Under the pieces are notes generated by a model. The model saw only the letters and a program-made list of their open reading frames with translations, did no database searches and was not told where the DNA came from. DNA of 64,000 nt from an uncultured Chlamydiae bacterium. GTDB lineage: Bacteria > Chlamydiota > Chlamydiia > Chlamydiales > Parachlamydiaceae. A program made the translations under genes and the position numbers. This document shows, piece by piece, positions 28,316 through 38,234 of the stretch. The stretch is taken from assembly GCA_963754655.1 (NCBI GenBank), contig CAVWGN010000001.1, forward strand, positions 448,001-512,000. The letters are read 5' to 3'. The stretch's first letter is position 1. Every line of letters begins with the position of its first letter.

Positions 28316-28975
28316 TTAGCGATTCCAGCTGTTCGAGCTATTTCCTGAGGATGGATAACTACTCGAATCATCTGTGCTGCTAGAGCTACCTGAACGATTA
28401 GAGTTGTTTCCGCTATTAGTTCCACTTGATGTGTCATAATTGCTCATTCCACTATTGCTCATTCCACTATTGCTCATTCCACTATTGTTCATTCCACTAT
28501 TGTTCATTCCGATCGTGTTATAGCTGCCTTGGCGACTTGTACTAGATCCACCATAACCAGATGTGTTAGATCCACTGCCATAACCAGATGAGTTAGATCC
28601 ACTGCCATAACCAGATGTGTTAGATCCACTGCCATAGCCGGATGTATTAGATCCACCATAGTTCGAGCCTGAGCTTCCATAAGAGCTGCCTGATGTGTCA
28701 TAGCTGTTGTTCATTCCACTCGTATAATTGCTGCCTTGGCGATTATAGGGATTGTTTGCACTAGAATTTGTTCCTGAATTTGATCCAGAGCCAGAATTAG
28801 ATCCTGAACCGCTTCCTGTTGAAGCTCCACAACCGTTTGAACTAGCAGCGCAACCAGCGGCTAATAAAATTCCTTGTGATTCTACTGCATCTGCATGACT
28901 AGCAGCTGGTAGGCTGGATGCTAGCAAAAGAGCGGCTAAGGCCATTTTTGCGAGATCTTTCTTTTTACTTTCCAT
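28316..28975 (-). CDS. Secreted Gly/Ser/Asn-repeat protein, candidate MNIO RiPP precursor 1
   Basis: GGAGG RBS, paralogous N-terminus, QGILLAAGCAASSNGC (its only two Cys), SGYGSGSNT 27-bp and MSNSG 15-bp repeats. Confidence 0.7.
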   Translation of the reverse strand: MESKKKDLAKMALAALLLASSLPAASHADAVESQGILLAAGCAASSNGCGASTGSGSGSNSGSGSNSGTNSSANNPYNRQGSNYTSGMNNSYDTSGSSYGSSGSNYGGSNTSGYGSGSNTSGYGSGSNSSGYGSGSNTSGYGGSSTSRQGSYNTIGMNNSGMNNSGMSNSGMSNSGMSNYDTSSGTNSGNNSNRSGSSSSTDDSSSYPSSGNSSNSWNR

Positions 28976-29360
28976 ATGTCCTCCAAAATTTTGTGGGGTT
29001 ATTCAACCTATCAAAAGATTTGTTGAATTCAATTTGACCATAAAATCATGGAGAATTTTTTGTCTATAGTTGAGAATACCTTTCTTTCCAAAATTTGGTC
29101 CCATTCAATACTTTACTATTAATCATCCTTTTCCTCTTTATTAAAAATTAAAATGAATTTATTAAGGCTAATTTACTAACTAATGTATATAAATAATATT
29201 AATTACTAAATCCAAACAAAATTTTTAATAGAAAAATCCTTTAAATTAAGCACTCATCAATTTGAAAGACGACCCAATGATTTTGATTTTCCTTGCTTGT
29301 CTATTTTTTTATCCTCTTAACAGGATGACATCACACCTTGCACATGGTTTAACATTCAGT

Positions 29361-29837
29361 TTAATAGCTTGGACTGATGCGCATATAGGTATTGGGATAA
29401 ATGGAGGTATTGAAGTAGTTGGTTTGATAGGTTCCATGAGGTGTTCCAGGATAGCCTCCATTAGGTCCAGGTCCGGTACTTGTCCCTTGATAGGACGAAA
29501 TACCCGAACTAAAGTTGTCTGAATTATCAAATTTTCTTCCAAAATGAAGATAGCCATCTGTGCGGCCAAATTGACTCGTTACTCTATATTGATAGTCATG
29601 GTAATAGTCAATAGGACTAGAGTCATATAGGGGGTAATCATTTCCATAAATGTCCCCCTCATAGCTATTCCTGCTATAAGCATAAGGATAGCCCTCATAC
29701 GAATAAGCTGTGTTATTATAGTCATAGGCTGTTGTTGCCCCACTATCTTCCCAAAACCCTTGTGCACGTCCGGCCGTTGGTAAAATTAAGGCCAAAAGAA
29801 AAGCGGTAAAAATGTTTTTGACTCGGTCTTGCTTCAT
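29361..29837 (-). CDS. Secreted Tyr-rich low-complexity hypothetical protein
   Basis: GGAGG RBS, ATG at 29837, signal ..GRA|Q, Tyr/Ser/Gly/Asn-rich mature part. Confidence 0.6.
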   Translation of the reverse strand: MKQDRVKNIFTAFLLALILPTAGRAQGFWEDSGATTAYDYNNTAYSYEGYPYAYSRNSYEGDIYGNDYPLYDSSPIDYYHDYQYRVTSQFGRTDGYLHFGRKFDNSDNFSSGISSYQGTSTGPGPNGGYPGTPHGTYQTNYFNTSIYPNTYMRISPSY

Positions 29838-30032
29838 ATCGTTAACCTCCAAAAATTGTGCAATGTTAAACAGAGTTTTCTGAATTCCTTGCACTTAGAA
29901 ATGTCAGGCATTCTCACTAAAATCCAATTTGAAAATAAAAGTATAGAAATTTTTATTTATATTCAAAATGAATAGTCATTTGAGTGGTGAGTTTTATCAG
30001 AGCGGTCACTTAATGGCAAGAGACCTGAAATA

Positions 30033-30352
30033 GGGTGTGATTAAATCTGGGAGTTTATATTTTTAGCAGATCGATACGAAAGGGTAGAGCGGCGGTAGCC
30101 GCTTTCAGTGGGAAGCCCCGTATGAAGCGAGCTTGCGAGCGGAATGCGGGGTGTAGGCAAGATAGCATTGAGCTGCGGAAGCAGCGTAAGATCACTCACA
30201 CCGCTTCCGCGGTTTATATTTTATTGATGCCCACCCCGCATTCCGCTCGCAAGCTCGCTTCATACGGGGCTTCCCACTGAAAGCGGCTACCGCCGCTCTA
30301 CCCTTTCGTATCGATCTGCTAAAAATATAAACTCCCAGATTTAATCACACCC
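30033..30352. mobile_element. Palindromic element family B, copy 2 (opposite orientation)
   Basis: 320 bp, near-identical to 4538-4855; flanks CCTGAAATA/CTTGGAATA (7/9 match). Confidence 0.88.
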
Positions 30353-30602
30353 CTTGGAATAAGATTTTTGCATTTTCTTGTTTTAATTAATTAATTTCTG
30401 TTTACTTATAATAAGTTAAATAATAATTTTTATTTCAAAAAAATATTTTATTCGTGTATAATAGTAAAAGATCTTATAGATAACATAAAGAAGCATGAGA
30501 AACGAATGATGCTTTCTCGAAAAGCTTGTCCAATTACTGGATCTCCTTTCATCTCTTCTCTTTTTATATCATAATCAAGCTAAGCCAAAATGGAGACCTG
30601 TT

Positions 30603-31814
30603 ATGCATCTTTCACCCCCGTTAAAAGCACTCCAATTGGCTCCCTTATTGATTCTCGTTGGATTGGCTCATTTTTTAGTGGATACAATGTTAGGAATTTG
30701 GCCGATTTATAAATCGATGGCTCAGCTAGACATGGCGAAAGCAGGTTTAATCGTCGCGATGGGGGCTTTTATTGGAGAGGGCTCTCAATTGCTATTTGGT
30801 TCATTGAGTGATAGAGGTTATCGTAAGTTGTTAATTATTATAGGTTTAATGATTGCTATGGCCAGTTCATTTTTGGCCTACTCCTCTAATTACGTGATTT
30901 TATTTGCTCTTTATTTAATGACTTGTATTGGATCAGGCTGTTTTCATCCCTGTGCAGCAAGCTTGGTGGGTAGTTTGGTTCCTTCGCGACGTGGCTTGCT
31001 TATCACGATTTTTGCTACTGGCGGAAGTTTAGGTTTGGCTACCAGTCAATTAACCTTTACGTACATCCATGCGTGGTTTGAGGGGCAAACATATGTCTTA
31101 GCTTTGCCAGCGATAGGTTTGGCTATCTTTATTGCTTTCTATCGCTTTCCTGCAGCTGCCAATCAAACCCAGAATAAATTGGTGGGGCATCGAGCATCCT
31201 TCAAAGACTTTATTGAATTCTTCAAAAATCCTGCTTTACGTGCGCTATATTTTTCTCAAGTGGCCAATCAATCGATTTTATGGGGAACGATTTTTATTTT
31301 ACCTGATGCTCTTAAAACCTTAGGGCATACCGATTGGATTTGTTACGGAGGAGGGCATTTTTGTTTTATCTTGGGAGCGGCTTGCATGATGATTCCAGGA
31401 GGTTATTTGGCCGATCGTTATTCAGCGCGGCAAGTGATGCTTTATGGAGGAATCATTTCCATTCTAGCCTTTTATTTCATTTTATTTTCTGGTGGAATAT
31501 CCATGACCGTTGTGCTTTCCGCTCTATTTGTGCTTGGATCAACGCTGGCTCTCATGAATCCATTGGCTCTTTCCTTGGGAAATCGATTAGAGCCTGCGCG
31601 CTCAGGAGCTGTAAGTGCTTTTTTAATGGGTTTGGTTTGGTGCCTATCAGAGGCTTTAGGGCCTGGTGGAGTAGGTGTAATGAGTTCTTTATTCGATGAC
31701 TATGCTCCTGTCAAAGCGCTAGCGGTTTTAGGCATGCTTTTTTTTATTCAAATTTATGCAACACTCTGCCTGCCCAAAACCGTTCCAGCTGTCGAAGCTC
31801 TAGCCTCTACTTAG
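30603..31814 (+). CDS. MFS transporter (Fsr-like)
   Basis: About 12 TM segments, GSLSDRGYRK, FHP, GGYLADRYSAR. Confidence 0.88.
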   Translation: MHLSPPLKALQLAPLLILVGLAHFLVDTMLGIWPIYKSMAQLDMAKAGLIVAMGAFIGEGSQLLFGSLSDRGYRKLLIIIGLMIAMASSFLAYSSNYVILFALYLMTCIGSGCFHPCAASLVGSLVPSRRGLLITIFATGGSLGLATSQLTFTYIHAWFEGQTYVLALPAIGLAIFIAFYRFPAAANQTQNKLVGHRASFKDFIEFFKNPALRALYFSQVANQSILWGTIFILPDALKTLGHTDWICYGGGHFCFILGAACMMIPGGYLADRYSARQVMLYGGIISILAFYFILFSGGISMTVVLSALFVLGSTLALMNPLALSLGNRLEPARSGAVSAFLMGLVWCLSEALGPGGVGVMSSLFDDYAPVKALAVLGMLFFIQIYATLCLPKTVPAVEALAST

Positions 31815-31822
31815 GACGTGCC

Positions 31823-32848
31823 TTAAAATGCATAAGCAAAGCCAATTTTTGCTGCTACCATTTTCCAGCGAAGCATATCATGTTTAGAATCTGCTTTCCA
31901 CCAGTTAAAATCGACGCTTAAAGTGGTATACCAGCAATTGGCAATGTAATAGGTTGCGCCTATAGTGTTATTAAATCCATAAGCATGTCCTTTTTTATGA
32001 TAGTCATCGACAAAGTAAACACCTGTCCAGGATTTACGTTTGCGATGGCAGTTATCATAAAAGTGAAATTCCGTATCCCAAAAAAGCGTCCAGCAGCTAT
32101 CTAAAGCATACGCAATATCAGCTCCCAAATAGAATCCATACCAGGTAAAGCGATACATGGAGGTATGATGAGGGTTGCTAAGTCCCAACTCACTGGCAAT
32201 AGAAGAATTAGAAGGACTGCCAAATGGATTTGAAGAGGGTGAATCTCTAAAGGGATTAGAAGAAGAAATGTAGAAGGCACTGGAGGAATGAGAATCAAAA
32301 AATTCAGAAGAAGATTCAGATGAGGACTGGGAATCATTAGATTCTTCATTATGCTTAACGCGCAAATGTTGTCGATGATAGGAAAAGCCAATTAAAGGAA
32401 TAACAGAGAGACGGCAGGAAAAAAAGGCAAAAGGATATCCGACGGCACCGTCAAAATCATAAACTTCGCTGCGTCGCTTAATGCGATCACTTGTAAAGAC
32501 CCCAATGGGATAATAGAGATAACGGCTGTGAATATTAAAGTGTTCGTGGGCGCGGCCTTTCTGGGTGGCTCCATAGTCAGCAGAAAATCGGACGTAATAA
32601 TCCGAGGAGACCCATTTCACTTGACCACTAATGGTATAACTCTCAATGTCCTTAAAATGAAGATGATCATTAGCACGTGCATGAACATAACTCGACTCTA
32701 AATGAGTATTTTTCCATTTCAAGTCATCGCGCCTCCAACCAATTTCAATATCTGCGCTTTGGCAGCAAGTGCTTTCAGTACATCCTGCAAAGAGAGAAGG
32801 ACTCATAAGAGTACAAGCCAGCATAAAGGAAATAAGCAATTGAAACAT
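31823..32848 (-). CDS. Outer membrane beta-barrel protein with Ser-rich loop
   Basis: Signal peptide, GWRRDDLKW, alternating aromatic strands, C-terminal GFAYAF. Confidence 0.7.
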   Translation of the reverse strand: MFQLLISFMLACTLMSPSLFAGCTESTCCQSADIEIGWRRDDLKWKNTHLESSYVHARANDHLHFKDIESYTISGQVKWVSSDYYVRFSADYGATQKGRAHEHFNIHSRYLYYPIGVFTSDRIKRRSEVYDFDGAVGYPFAFFSCRLSVIPLIGFSYHRQHLRVKHNEESNDSQSSSESSSEFFDSHSSSAFYISSSNPFRDSPSSNPFGSPSNSSIASELGLSNPHHTSMYRFTWYGFYLGADIAYALDSCWTLFWDTEFHFYDNCHRKRKSWTGVYFVDDYHKKGHAYGFNNTIGATYYIANCWYTTLSVDFNWWKADSKHDMLRWKMVAAKIGFAYAF

Positions 32849-32949
32849 TAGGAAACTCCTTTGAAAGATTGCATTCTCTTGTATGCTGAGAGTTAAAAAA
32901 AATCAATAGAATTCGAAATTTTTCTATCACTTTTTATAAAGAATGAAAA

Positions 32950-33525
32950 TTAGATGTGTTGATATTGCTGAAGTGCCGCATGCCCCATGCGCCGGCTATT
33001 GATCAATTTTAAGGTCTGTAATTGATCTAAATGAGGCTGAGAGTGAAAATCTTCTTCAATAAATAGCACTCCGCCAGGAGCAAGCAAGGCGTGTGCATCT
33101 ATCCATTGAATCAGGTGTGCACTATAAAAAAGCGAAGTGTGCGGAGCTGGGGTGCGATAAGGAGGATCGGCGTAAATAATATCAAAGGATCTTTCTTGCT
33201 TTTCTAGCAATTGTAGCTTGGCAAGGGCTTCACCTTTTAAGACTTGACATTGTTTTTGCACCTTTAAATGCTCAATATTGCTTTGAATGCAATGAATGGC
33301 CTCTTGATGAGCTTCAATAAAGGTTGCCGATTGAGCTCCACGACTTAAGGCTTCAAGACCCATGGCGCCTGAACCTGCAAAAATATCAAGAAAGCGAGCA
33401 CCTTCGATGGTTTGTTGGCAAATATTAAACAACGCTTCTCTTAGACGATTAGCTGTAGGGCGTGTTTGATCGCCTTTTGGAGTGTGTAAATGCTGGCGGC
33501 GATAAAGGCCTGCAATAATGAACAT
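32950..33525 (-). CDS. rsmD: 16S rRNA m2G966 methyltransferase
   Basis: TRPT..RLREALFN, LDIFAGSGAMGLEALSRGA, DPPY. Confidence 0.95.
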   Translation of the reverse strand: MFIIAGLYRRQHLHTPKGDQTRPTANRLREALFNICQQTIEGARFLDIFAGSGAMGLEALSRGAQSATFIEAHQEAIHCIQSNIEHLKVQKQCQVLKGEALAKLQLLEKQERSFDIIYADPPYRTPAPHTSLFYSAHLIQWIDAHALLAPGGVLFIEEDFHSQPHLDQLQTLKLINSRRMGHAALQQYQHI

Positions 33526-33539
33526 GCCTGTGCTTATCC

Positions 33540-34847
33540 TTAATTAATGTCAAAGTCAATGACTTGGCTAAGACCAGAGGAGGTCGTCACAACAAGTTTA
33601 TAATGCCCTTTAGGCCAGCCACTAGTAGGAGGCGAAAAGACAGACATGAGGATACTGTCACCATTTTCTTCAATAGCAGCCTTTGCAGGAATAGAGGAGC
33701 CACTTTCAATGTGTTCTAAGGTTAGATAGATCATACTGCCTTTAACGCCATTTTTCACTTCAATGTCAACATATAAGTCGCTCAAATTGGATTTGAATGT
33801 AGTTGTCGGATGTTTAATTTGACCTTGCTCGTCGATTTTCTCGCCCAAAGTGATAGCGCCCAAACTCATCGTTTCCTGTTTGGGTTCCTGAGCAGTAGGC
33901 TGCGCTTGTTTGTTCTCCTCACTTTCAGATGGAGATAGAATGCGCATGCTCCAGATTTTCCATTTTTGATCTTCATAAATTAAATAGTATTTGACATAAG
34001 CAGCAATTTGATCAGATTGCAAGATGACTGATAAAGTTCCCACTCCATTGCGAATAGTCGGTTTATGGAAGGACACAACATGATAATGTGTCAAAATGGG
34101 ATAGCGCTTAATAAATTCGCGGAAAGCATCTTCAGAAGTTGCATCTTTAAATTCTTTCGAAGAATAATTTTGGTAGGCTTCTGGCAACTTTTGATCTTGG
34201 ATATCCTTTAATTGAGCTTTAGCAACTTCAATGAGATCTTCCGCATGATCACCTTCCTTAGTATTTTGAATATTTCCAGGCTTTAAAAGACGAAGACTAA
34301 GGATTTTCCACTTATCATTTTCTTTGATCAATTTATATTCAATAGGCGTACTGATATGGTCAGTGGAGGTGAGATTACCTTTTAAAATTCCAATATTATG
34401 TTCGATCGAGCGTTGATTAAAATGAGCAATCTGGTTATTGAGAAAAACAGGATAGGAGTCAATAAAATTGCGAAATTGATCAAGTGAAGTCGCTGCCTGA
34501 AAATCTTTTGAAGTATAATCGTAATAAGCTTTAGAAATATCGTGCTGTCGCAAAGCTGCTAATTGATGATCAACAACATCTACCCAACTTTCTGTGAATA
34601 AGATTCCGGCTGTCACTCCAATGAGCGCCAATACTGCTAAAAGACCGATCAACTTAAACCAAAAAGGCATGGGCTTTTTCTTCATGATGGGCGCAGGTGA
34701 AGAGGACTCCTGCTTGTCGGAAAGAGGAGGAGGAGAAACAGAGCTAGCATCCAGCTTGGAGCCACAGTGGGGGCAATATTGATAATCAGATGTGACTTGT
34801 GCGCCACAATGGGAACAAAACATAATGGTACTCCTTCCCTTTAGCAT
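33540..34847 (-). CDS. Membrane protein with zinc ribbon and two DUF4864-like domains
   Basis: CSHCG..YCPHCG, one TM segment, duplicated QL.....AY..Y.SK.F..ATS...FR.FI..YP...WKI; start may be at MFCSHC. Confidence 0.7.
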   Translation of the reverse strand: MLKGRSTIMFCSHCGAQVTSDYQYCPHCGSKLDASSVSPPPLSDKQESSSPAPIMKKKPMPFWFKLIGLLAVLALIGVTAGILFTESWVDVVDHQLAALRQHDISKAYYDYTSKDFQAATSLDQFRNFIDSYPVFLNNQIAHFNQRSIEHNIGILKGNLTSTDHISTPIEYKLIKENDKWKILSLRLLKPGNIQNTKEGDHAEDLIEVAKAQLKDIQDQKLPEAYQNYSSKEFKDATSEDAFREFIKRYPILTHYHVVSFHKPTIRNGVGTLSVILQSDQIAAYVKYYLIYEDQKWKIWSMRILSPSESEENKQAQPTAQEPKQETMSLGAITLGEKIDEQGQIKHPTTTFKSNLSDLYVDIEVKNGVKGSMIYLTLEHIESGSSIPAKAAIEENGDSILMSVFSPPTSGWPKGHYKLVVTTSSGLSQVIDFDIN

Positions 34848-34904
34848 GTTCGCAGCTTAATCATAGGAAGAATTGATCGCAAACTTTTTAGCATTTTGAG
34901 TGAA

Positions 34905-35939
34905 TTAATAGGCACCATAGAAATGAATCAAGCTTTCAGCTTTTTTATAGTGCGAGCGTTTGAGCATTTCATAGACTTGCAATCCTTGTGCATTTTGCCC
35001 TTGTTCAAAGTAAAGCTTACCTAGCTTAAAAAGCGTTTCTTTATCGTCTGGACATAATTGAAGAAGCGTTTCATACTCTTTAATTTCTTCCTTAGGCATT
35101 TGTAAATCGCGATAGCTGTAGGCAAGCTGGGCATGGACCCACGGATCATGCGGAGCATAATCGCTTAGAATTTTAAATTCTTCAATTGCTTTTTCGGCAA
35201 TGGAGCGGAATTTATATTTGAAAGAGTCATTATATTTAGTCTGAGGAATCCAACGATCATCATCTAATCCTTCAACCGTTCTAGGATCCACATAGAGGCC
35301 AGATAACATGACATAAGCATTTGCCAAACCTGCATGGGCTTCCAGATCGGTAGGTTCCACGCGTACTAATTTGATGTGTTCATCGACACATGCTTGTAAA
35401 AGAAGTTCTTTCATAAAATGAATGTCGTGCCAAAACCACCAACAATTTAATTTTTCAAATGACGAACTCAAAAAAATGCACCAGGAGGGACAACTATAAA
35501 TATGATATTCGTGTGCATGCAACTCTGCTGCTAGCTTACAGCAAGCATGGGCAATCATCAAATGATGCTCAGATTCTCCTTCGGGCTCTTGAGTAATCTG
35601 TTGACAAGCTTGAATAAATTCTGATGTCAAGCCCATCAATTTTTCAGCTTTTCGTGTGTGAGCATACATGTGCAAAGTAAAATAACAGAAAATAGTAGCA
35701 AAAATGAGAGCAAGATGAATCGCGACTACAAATGTCTGGACCAATAAGGTTAAATGCACAAAAAAATAAATCGTTTCTCCAGTAATTAACAGAAGAAAAA
35801 TGAGGTTAAAAACGGTATAAGCTTTTAAGATTTTTTGAAATCTAATGACAGCAGAATTAATTAAGACCCCAATGCGGTCCTTATAAAATTCTTTATCAAA
35901 TTCAATAAAGACTTCCTTTTCTACGGCTGGTATTGTCAT
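34905..35939 (-). CDS. Membrane-anchored TPR protein
   Basis: Two N-terminal TM helices, C-terminal TPRs (PHDPWVHAQLAYSY, PDDKETLFKLGKLY). Confidence 0.75.
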   Translation of the reverse strand: MTIPAVEKEVFIEFDKEFYKDRIGVLINSAVIRFQKILKAYTVFNLIFLLLITGETIYFFVHLTLLVQTFVVAIHLALIFATIFCYFTLHMYAHTRKAEKLMGLTSEFIQACQQITQEPEGESEHHLMIAHACCKLAAELHAHEYHIYSCPSWCIFLSSSFEKLNCWWFWHDIHFMKELLLQACVDEHIKLVRVEPTDLEAHAGLANAYVMLSGLYVDPRTVEGLDDDRWIPQTKYNDSFKYKFRSIAEKAIEEFKILSDYAPHDPWVHAQLAYSYRDLQMPKEEIKEYETLLQLCPDDKETLFKLGKLYFEQGQNAQGLQVYEMLKRSHYKKAESLIHFYGAY

Positions 35940-36097
35940 GATGTCCTAATGGGAAATATTAACTATACGTTCCTTATAATCTAATAACAAAATTTTGGAC
36001 AACATTTTTGAATTGAAAAATTTATTTAAGGTTTTTATGAAGTTTTAAGGGTCTACCTTATTAAAACCAATAGTCAATCAAATCAATCTATTCTCGG

Positions 36098-36933
36098 CAG
36101 AGTGTTTTTACTAAAATATTTGACACTTACAGCCCTTCAGGCTACATGACACAACTCATTCATACCCAGGGCTAGGGTGTTAATTTTGTGCAAAAAATAA
36201 GCTTTATTTTTCATAATAATTGGCATAGTTGAATTGAAGGTCGCATGTTTATGCCGTCCTTTCAGGACTCGATGTCTTTTTGATAGAACCCAGGCCTCCG
36301 CTTCGCTGCGACCTGGGCTGTAACATGGCGGCCCTTCAGGCCTTAAAAAGAGATGTTTAAGTCCCTCTTCTATAGTCCCTAAGTCATCTTTTTGTTAAGG
36401 CCTGAAGGGCCGCCATGTTACAGTCCAGGTCGCAGCGAAGGCGGAGGTCTGGGGCTGTAACATGACGCGGCCCTTCAGGCCTTAACAATAGATGTTTAAG
36501 TCCCTCTTCTATAGTCCCTAAATCATCTTTTTGTTAAGGCCTGAAGGGCCGTCATGTTACAGCCCAGGTCGCAGCGAAGGCGGAGGTCTGGGGCTGTAAC
36601 ATGACGCGGCCCTTCAGGCCTTAACAAGAGATGTTTAAGTCTCTCTTCTATAGTCCCTAAATCATCTTTTTGTTAAGGCCTGAAGGGCCGTCATGTTACA
36701 GCCCAGGTCGCAGCGAAGCGGAGGCCTGGGTTCTATCAAAAAGACATCGAGTCCTGAAAGGACGGCATAAACATGCGACCTTCAATTCAACTATGCCAAT
36801 TATTGTGAAAAATAAAGCTTATTTTTTGCACAAAATTAACACCCTAACCAGGGCGTTGCCCTGGGCATGAGTGAGTTGTGTTATGCAGCCTGAAGGGCTG
36901 TAAGTGTCAAATATTTTAGTAAAAAACACTCTG
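36098..36933. repeat. Outer REP doublet palindrome hosting family A copy 4
   Basis: CAGAGTGTTTTTACTAAAATATTTGACACTTACAGCCCTTCAGGCT is mirrored at about 36887-36933. Confidence 0.85.
36173..36846. mobile_element. Palindromic element family A, copy 4, with two extra 139-bp central units
   Basis: 674 bp = 396 + 2x139; spacer recurs at 36352, 36491 and 36630; flanks ACCCAGGGC / ACC-AGGGC. Confidence 0.88.
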
Positions 36934-36973
36934 TATCTCTTGGCTCTTTAAGCATGCACATGTCAAATTTTAT

Positions 36974-37900
36974 TTAAGCTTCTTGTTGTGGAAGAGTAGA
37001 TAATTGATAAGATTCTTTCAACTCTTCCTGGTCAAATAACACTAACCCTAAAAGGACTAAGGCAAATGACAAATAAAAAGGCCATGTGACAATTTCATCT
37101 AGGACTAGCCAGCCAAATAAGGCTGTAAAAAGAGGAGTGGTAAATCCTGCAAAAGACATAAAAGTGGCTGAATAGTTCTTAAGAAGCGATCCATATAAAT
37201 TATAACAAATTAAATTGGAAATTAAGATGAGTAAGAGAGTGCATTCTAAATAAATAGGATAATTTGTCACCGGAAAAGGCTGCCAATCTTCTAGAGCAAA
37301 AGAATGTCCCAAGGCTAAAGCACCCCCCACTAACATGCTTATTCCATTGGCAGTTAACGGAGAAAGCTCATTCTCGCTTACCAATTGCTTTAATAGAATC
37401 CATCCATAAACACTGCAAATTGCTGCCATCATAACCGCTAATTCAGCCCAAGAAAAGAAAAAAAGATGACCTGTTTGCTCTTCAGTTGATGTTTGACTAA
37501 GCAAAATAGGTGTAAATCCTAAGAAGCCCATCATTAATCCCATCCATTTCTTACTTGTTAATTTCTCTGAAAAAAGAAAATAAGAGAAAACAGCAGAAAG
37601 GAAAGGCGATAGGCTATAAATAAAGCAAGTTTTGAATGAGGTCAAATACCTCAATCCCCAAAATTCGAACACATTAGTTAAGTAAATATTAAAAATAGCC
37701 AGAAGAATTAAGCGCCCCCATGTCTTGCGATCCAAAAATAATGTCTGCTTTTTTATGAAAATTTGATAGCTTACAAGCAGGATTCCAGCCAGTAACATGC
37801 GGGTTCCTACGAAAAAAAAAGGCTGCACATACAACAAACCTGTTTTGGCAATGGTAAATACACTGGCAAATAAGGCATATAGCAAAAGGACATAAAACAT
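36974..37900 (-). CDS. DMT/EamA family transporter
   Basis: About 10 TM segments, two EamA repeats (YSLSPF..EKL, TPLFTALFGWLVLDE). Confidence 0.9.
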   Translation of the reverse strand: MFYVLLLYALFASVFTIAKTGLLYVQPFFFVGTRMLLAGILLVSYQIFIKKQTLFLDRKTWGRLILLAIFNIYLTNVFEFWGLRYLTSFKTCFIYSLSPFLSAVFSYFLFSEKLTSKKWMGLMMGFLGFTPILLSQTSTEEQTGHLFFFSWAELAVMMAAICSVYGWILLKQLVSENELSPLTANGISMLVGGALALGHSFALEDWQPFPVTNYPIYLECTLLLILISNLICYNLYGSLLKNYSATFMSFAGFTTPLFTALFGWLVLDEIVTWPFYLSFALVLLGLVLFDQEELKESYQLSTLPQQEA

Positions 37901-38234
37901 AGCATACCTCTAAACTAAAAAAGAAATTTTAACCTTTAATTTCATAAAAATAAAGATAAAAGTTATCTGTTTGCTTGTAGATAATGAAAAATTTTATTGA
38001 CAGTAATTCTTAAAGCTTTAATTAAAATTAATGTTTTGTTTATTAATTTCAAATAATTTTTTAGTTAAATCTTTCTTTTGTGTATAATGAATAGAGAGGT
38101 AGTAGGATTTACTAACTTAACAAACCCTTAAGAAGGTTTTCGCAAACTAAAAGAATGATTTTAATTAATTTCTATGCTCTAATCCGATGACAAAAACATC
38201 TTTAGAGCAAGAGAATCACTAATGTGGAGTTGCA

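Noticed and set aside
36340..36700. Possible CRISPR array (regular repeats)
   Set aside because: The 139-bp units are near-identical with no unique spacers, and no cas genes are present in the window
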